Source of the DNA: Veleropilina oligotropha
Taxonomy: Eukaryota
Length of the DNA stretch: 24,670 nt
Direction: 5' to 3'
Assembly: GCA_048128005.1 (NCBI GenBank)
Contig: JBEUKZ010000009.1
Span: 496,001-520,670 of the forward strand
A program made the translations under genes and the position numbers. Positions 22,510-24,670 of this stretch are shown here, one piece after another. Below the pieces are notes generated by a model. That model was not told the DNA's origin. It did not search any database and was given only the letters and a program-made list of their open reading frames with translations. Numbering within the stretch: position 1 is the stretch's first letter; every line of letters starts with the position of its first letter.

Positions 22510-22652
22510 CTTCTACAGCCTTCTAGAAGCTTTCCACGTACACATTTCCATATATAACTTGTTGACGAGCTCTGTTCGTTCTAGAGCTTTCCACGTACAC
22601 ATACTTGTTGACGATTTCTGAACTTTCTAGAAACTCATTGCCACGTGACCAT
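22510..22652. promoter_or_regulatory. Cluster of heat-shock-element and CCACGT motifs in a duplicated block
   Basis: Perfect GAActTTCtaGAA at 22620-22632. TTCTAGA(A)GCTTTCCACGTACACAT occurs at 22521 and 22579, TGCCACGTGAC near 22639-22649, and TATATAA at ~22551. Confidence 0.45.
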
Positions 22653-23235
22653 GACTCCACTAGATTACGGTCTACCATGTAAACACGGGGACCGATATAT
22701 TATTTCTGTGCCAAACAAAATGTTGGGGACCAGACCAAGAAATCTGGGCCAATCTCTCTTGACTTGATCCAGTAACTTTGTATATCTGGGTCGACTCGGG
22801 ACAGCGAGGTATTTCATTCATACGCGCAGAAGCAGCCAGACAGCATTTCTATAGTACTATAGAAATGGCGTGTCATGCTTTTAACGACTGTTGCCATTCA
22901 TAAATCGGGCAAGATAGCTGACTGGGATATTAATATTATTATTTAATACATTGATGTCTCTCCTAGTGAAGCTCTAAGCGCAGTACAAACTATAACTAAT
23001 ATTACAGTACAATGTACACAAGAATATACAGGAGAGACATCAATGATACATACTTAAGCAATAATAATAATAAACAGAATATTTTTTCGAGTTTTTTTCA
23101 ATTTTATCTTTTTTTTACAAGCGCAATCAGACAAAGAGGTAAAGCAGCCCCTGCGTGAACTTCAACCAACTTTGAATGGTACAATATACGCAGGGGAAAG
23201 CCGGAAAAATATGTTTTAATGCAGGAGCAGCTGGT

Positions 23236-23667
23236 TTATATGAATATATAGTTACCCGATATTAAAGTACAATTACAGGGTGAGATTTGTCCGACTTTTC
23301 TCCACACACCGAAGCAGCCAGACAGCATGGTATAATACTCCCCATTTTTTCCAGGACATAACGAGGGGGTCGAACACTGGACACATGTGACAGTATCTCT
23401 TGGTGTGGCAGGGCTACAGTCATTATCTCCGATAATAAAATAGTGGCATGACGGTGGAGAGACATCAGGGGTGGGGTCTCTACCCGGGCGTAGTAGCAAG
23501 TTTCTTCGCAAGTGATCGAATCGGGGGTTATACCTGGGATGATTTCGGTACCTAGTCCACGTATGTTCCAGAATTAATGCAGTGTTGTGTGTCGACGCCT
23601 GGGTAGACACACCCCCTAGCCAGCACACCGCGGCAATACACAGTAGCATAGATTTCATGGATTTCAT
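23236..23667 (-). CDS. Secreted cysteine-rich protein, 143 aa, possibly cystine-knot (IL-17-like)
   Basis: Intact ORF with AACCATG start and a TATTAAA about 35 nt upstream. It has a hydrophobic signal peptide (LLCIAAVCWLGGVST) and 8 Cys in the C-terminal half ending in CxC. Confidence 0.7.
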   Translation of the reverse strand: MKSMKSMLLCIAAVCWLGGVSTQASTHNTALILEHTWTRYRNHPRYNPRFDHLRRNLLLRPGRDPTPDVSPPSCHYFIIGDNDCSPATPRDTVTCVQCSTPSLCPGKNGEYYTMLSGCFGVWRKVGQISPCNCTLISGNYIFI

Positions 23668-23749
23668 GGTTGTCCAGATATCACTGTCGATTTCTAGCTT
23701 TAATACGGGGGAGGAGCGGGGTAGTCGTGGCTACGCTCAACCTGGATAG

Positions 23750-24385
23750 TTAGTCGCCAGCTCCGATTTTTTTCAGCAGCTCTGCACGACCCTCTAAACG
23801 ACCACGCTCAATAAGCTCGCTCTGGGTCTGTGAAATCGCGGTGTGCGCCTTCCTACTCTTATCCCGGATTGATGCCTTCATGGCTTGGTATTTTTCCATC
23901 TCCCCTGTGACCAGTTGGAATTCATCATCAGACATCACCCCGTCCGATAATGCCTTTGAGACGTGGTCGGTTATGGTATTCAGCTTGCTGTCGGCCAGGA
24001 CTCGAATCTCGTCGTGTTTCTTAGCCTTCACCCCGAGGCGCCGGCTGATATACTTTCCACCCATACTAGCGAGCCCACACCCTAATGCCGCTAGTTCCAG
24101 CACTAGGACGACCGGGGCGGCTACAATTGTGGACAGTAGACCAATTCCAGCGCTACCCATACCAAGTGTGGCGACGACTAGTCCGTTATCTATACCGTCA
24201 ACGACGTTAACACCTCGTCGGTACTTTTTATATAGTGCAGCCCGAGCATCCCGTTCTCGCTCTAGCTGTCCCTGAAGCTCATTCACTTTCTGTAGTCGGA
24301 AAGACTGTGCCTCCGGAACTTCCGAAGGCACATCGCCACCAAGTTGTGGGTACAGCGTTGGCGCTGAGGGTTTGTTGTCCATCAT
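23750..24385 (-). CDS. Maverick/Polinton PW ('GasderminX')-like membrane protein, probably 211 aa from MMDNK
   Basis: Intact ORF. LYPQL..FRLQKVNELQGQLERE..LYKKYRR coiled coil, a Gly/Ala-rich hydrophobic hairpin, then KAKKHDEIRVLADSKLNTITDHVSKALSDG..SDDEF. I recall this pattern from animal Maverick/adintovirus proteins; the family name is from memory. Confidence 0.75.
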   Translation of the reverse strand: MMDNKPSAPTLYPQLGGDVPSEVPEAQSFRLQKVNELQGQLERERDARAALYKKYRRGVNVVDGIDNGLVVATLGMGSAGIGLLSTIVAAPVVLVLELAALGCGLASMGGKYISRRLGVKAKKHDEIRVLADSKLNTITDHVSKALSDGVMSDDEFQLVTGEMEKYQAMKASIRDKSRKAHTAISQTQSELIERGRLEGRAELLKKIGAGD

Positions 24386-24670
24386 ACGTGGCTGTATTGT
24401 TCCGCCTGTTTGTTTAAAATGTCTACTGTAACGTTCAAATACAGAGTGCCGACCCACGGGGCCTTGATGACAAAGGCGAGGGTTAACTTATCCGAATCCA
24501 GGCTGAGTTTACTTATGGAACATGCCTTGGGGCCCCCGGCCGGCTGGACCGGCGTCAGGTGGATCATTAGAAGGGCTGGGTTCAACCCGAACCGACCTCT
24601 AGTGTTTGGAAACATGAACTCCCTCCTCGCCAGCCCCTTATTGGGCGCTACCCCACAATTAAGGACAAAG
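24382..24670 (-). CDS. 3' end of an unidentified ORF that begins beyond the window
   Basis: The frame of the 77-aa ORF stays open to the window edge (FVLNCGVAPNKGLARREF-MFPN...). Its TGA overlaps the ATG of the next gene. Confidence 0.6.
   Translation of the reverse strand, partial: FVLNCGVAPNKGLARREFMFPNTRGRFGLNPALLMIHLTPVQPAGGPKACSISKLSLDSDKLTLAFVIKAPWVGTLYLNVTVDILNKQAEQYSHV

Larger units (their letters stand above)
21941..24670 (-). mobile_element. One end of a putative Maverick/Polinton (adintovirus-like) endogenous element, continuing beyond the window
   Basis: Repeat-rich non-coding terminal zone followed by tightly packed intronless ORFs with higher GC. One ORF resembles a conserved Maverick gene. 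No pPolB, integrase or capsid gene is in the window, and the left boundary is inferred. Confidence 0.65.

Noticed and set aside
23841..24417. Plus-strand ORFs of 144 and 60 aa
   Set aside because: Antisense to the PW-like gene, with no recognisable features.
24386..24457. N-terminal 24-aa extension of the 235-aa ORF call
   Set aside because: It starts at a non-ATG codon and overlaps the upstream ORF. The ATG at 24385 in the ATGA overlap is more plausible.

Overview
AT-rich, repeat-dense eukaryotic (animal) genomic DNA. The repeat types suggest a marine invertebrate, but that is inference. Most of 1-21.9 kb is transposon debris: tRNA-derived SINE remnants, a hAT MITE with an 8-bp TSD, a short Helitron, three Helentron-associated (HINE-type) elements with internal tandem repeats, Harbinger-like MITEs, and four LINE relics (an RNase H-bearing I-group 3' end, two CR1-group copies, and an RTE broken by nested insertions). 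There are also two long near-perfect hairpins and a candidate spliced gene start on the minus strand (ATG at 7005). From about 21.94 kb the sequence changes to what looks like one end of an endogenous Maverick/Polinton (adintovirus-like) element. It has a repeat-rich terminal region, a cluster of heat-shock and CCACGT motifs, and three compact intronless minus-strand ORFs. These are a secreted Cys-rich protein with IL-17-like cystine-knot spacing, a PW/'GasderminX'-type membrane protein with adjacent PSAP and LYPxL ESCRT late-domain motifs, and the 3' end of an ORF that runs off the window. All family assignments come from motif recognition by eye; no searches were run.
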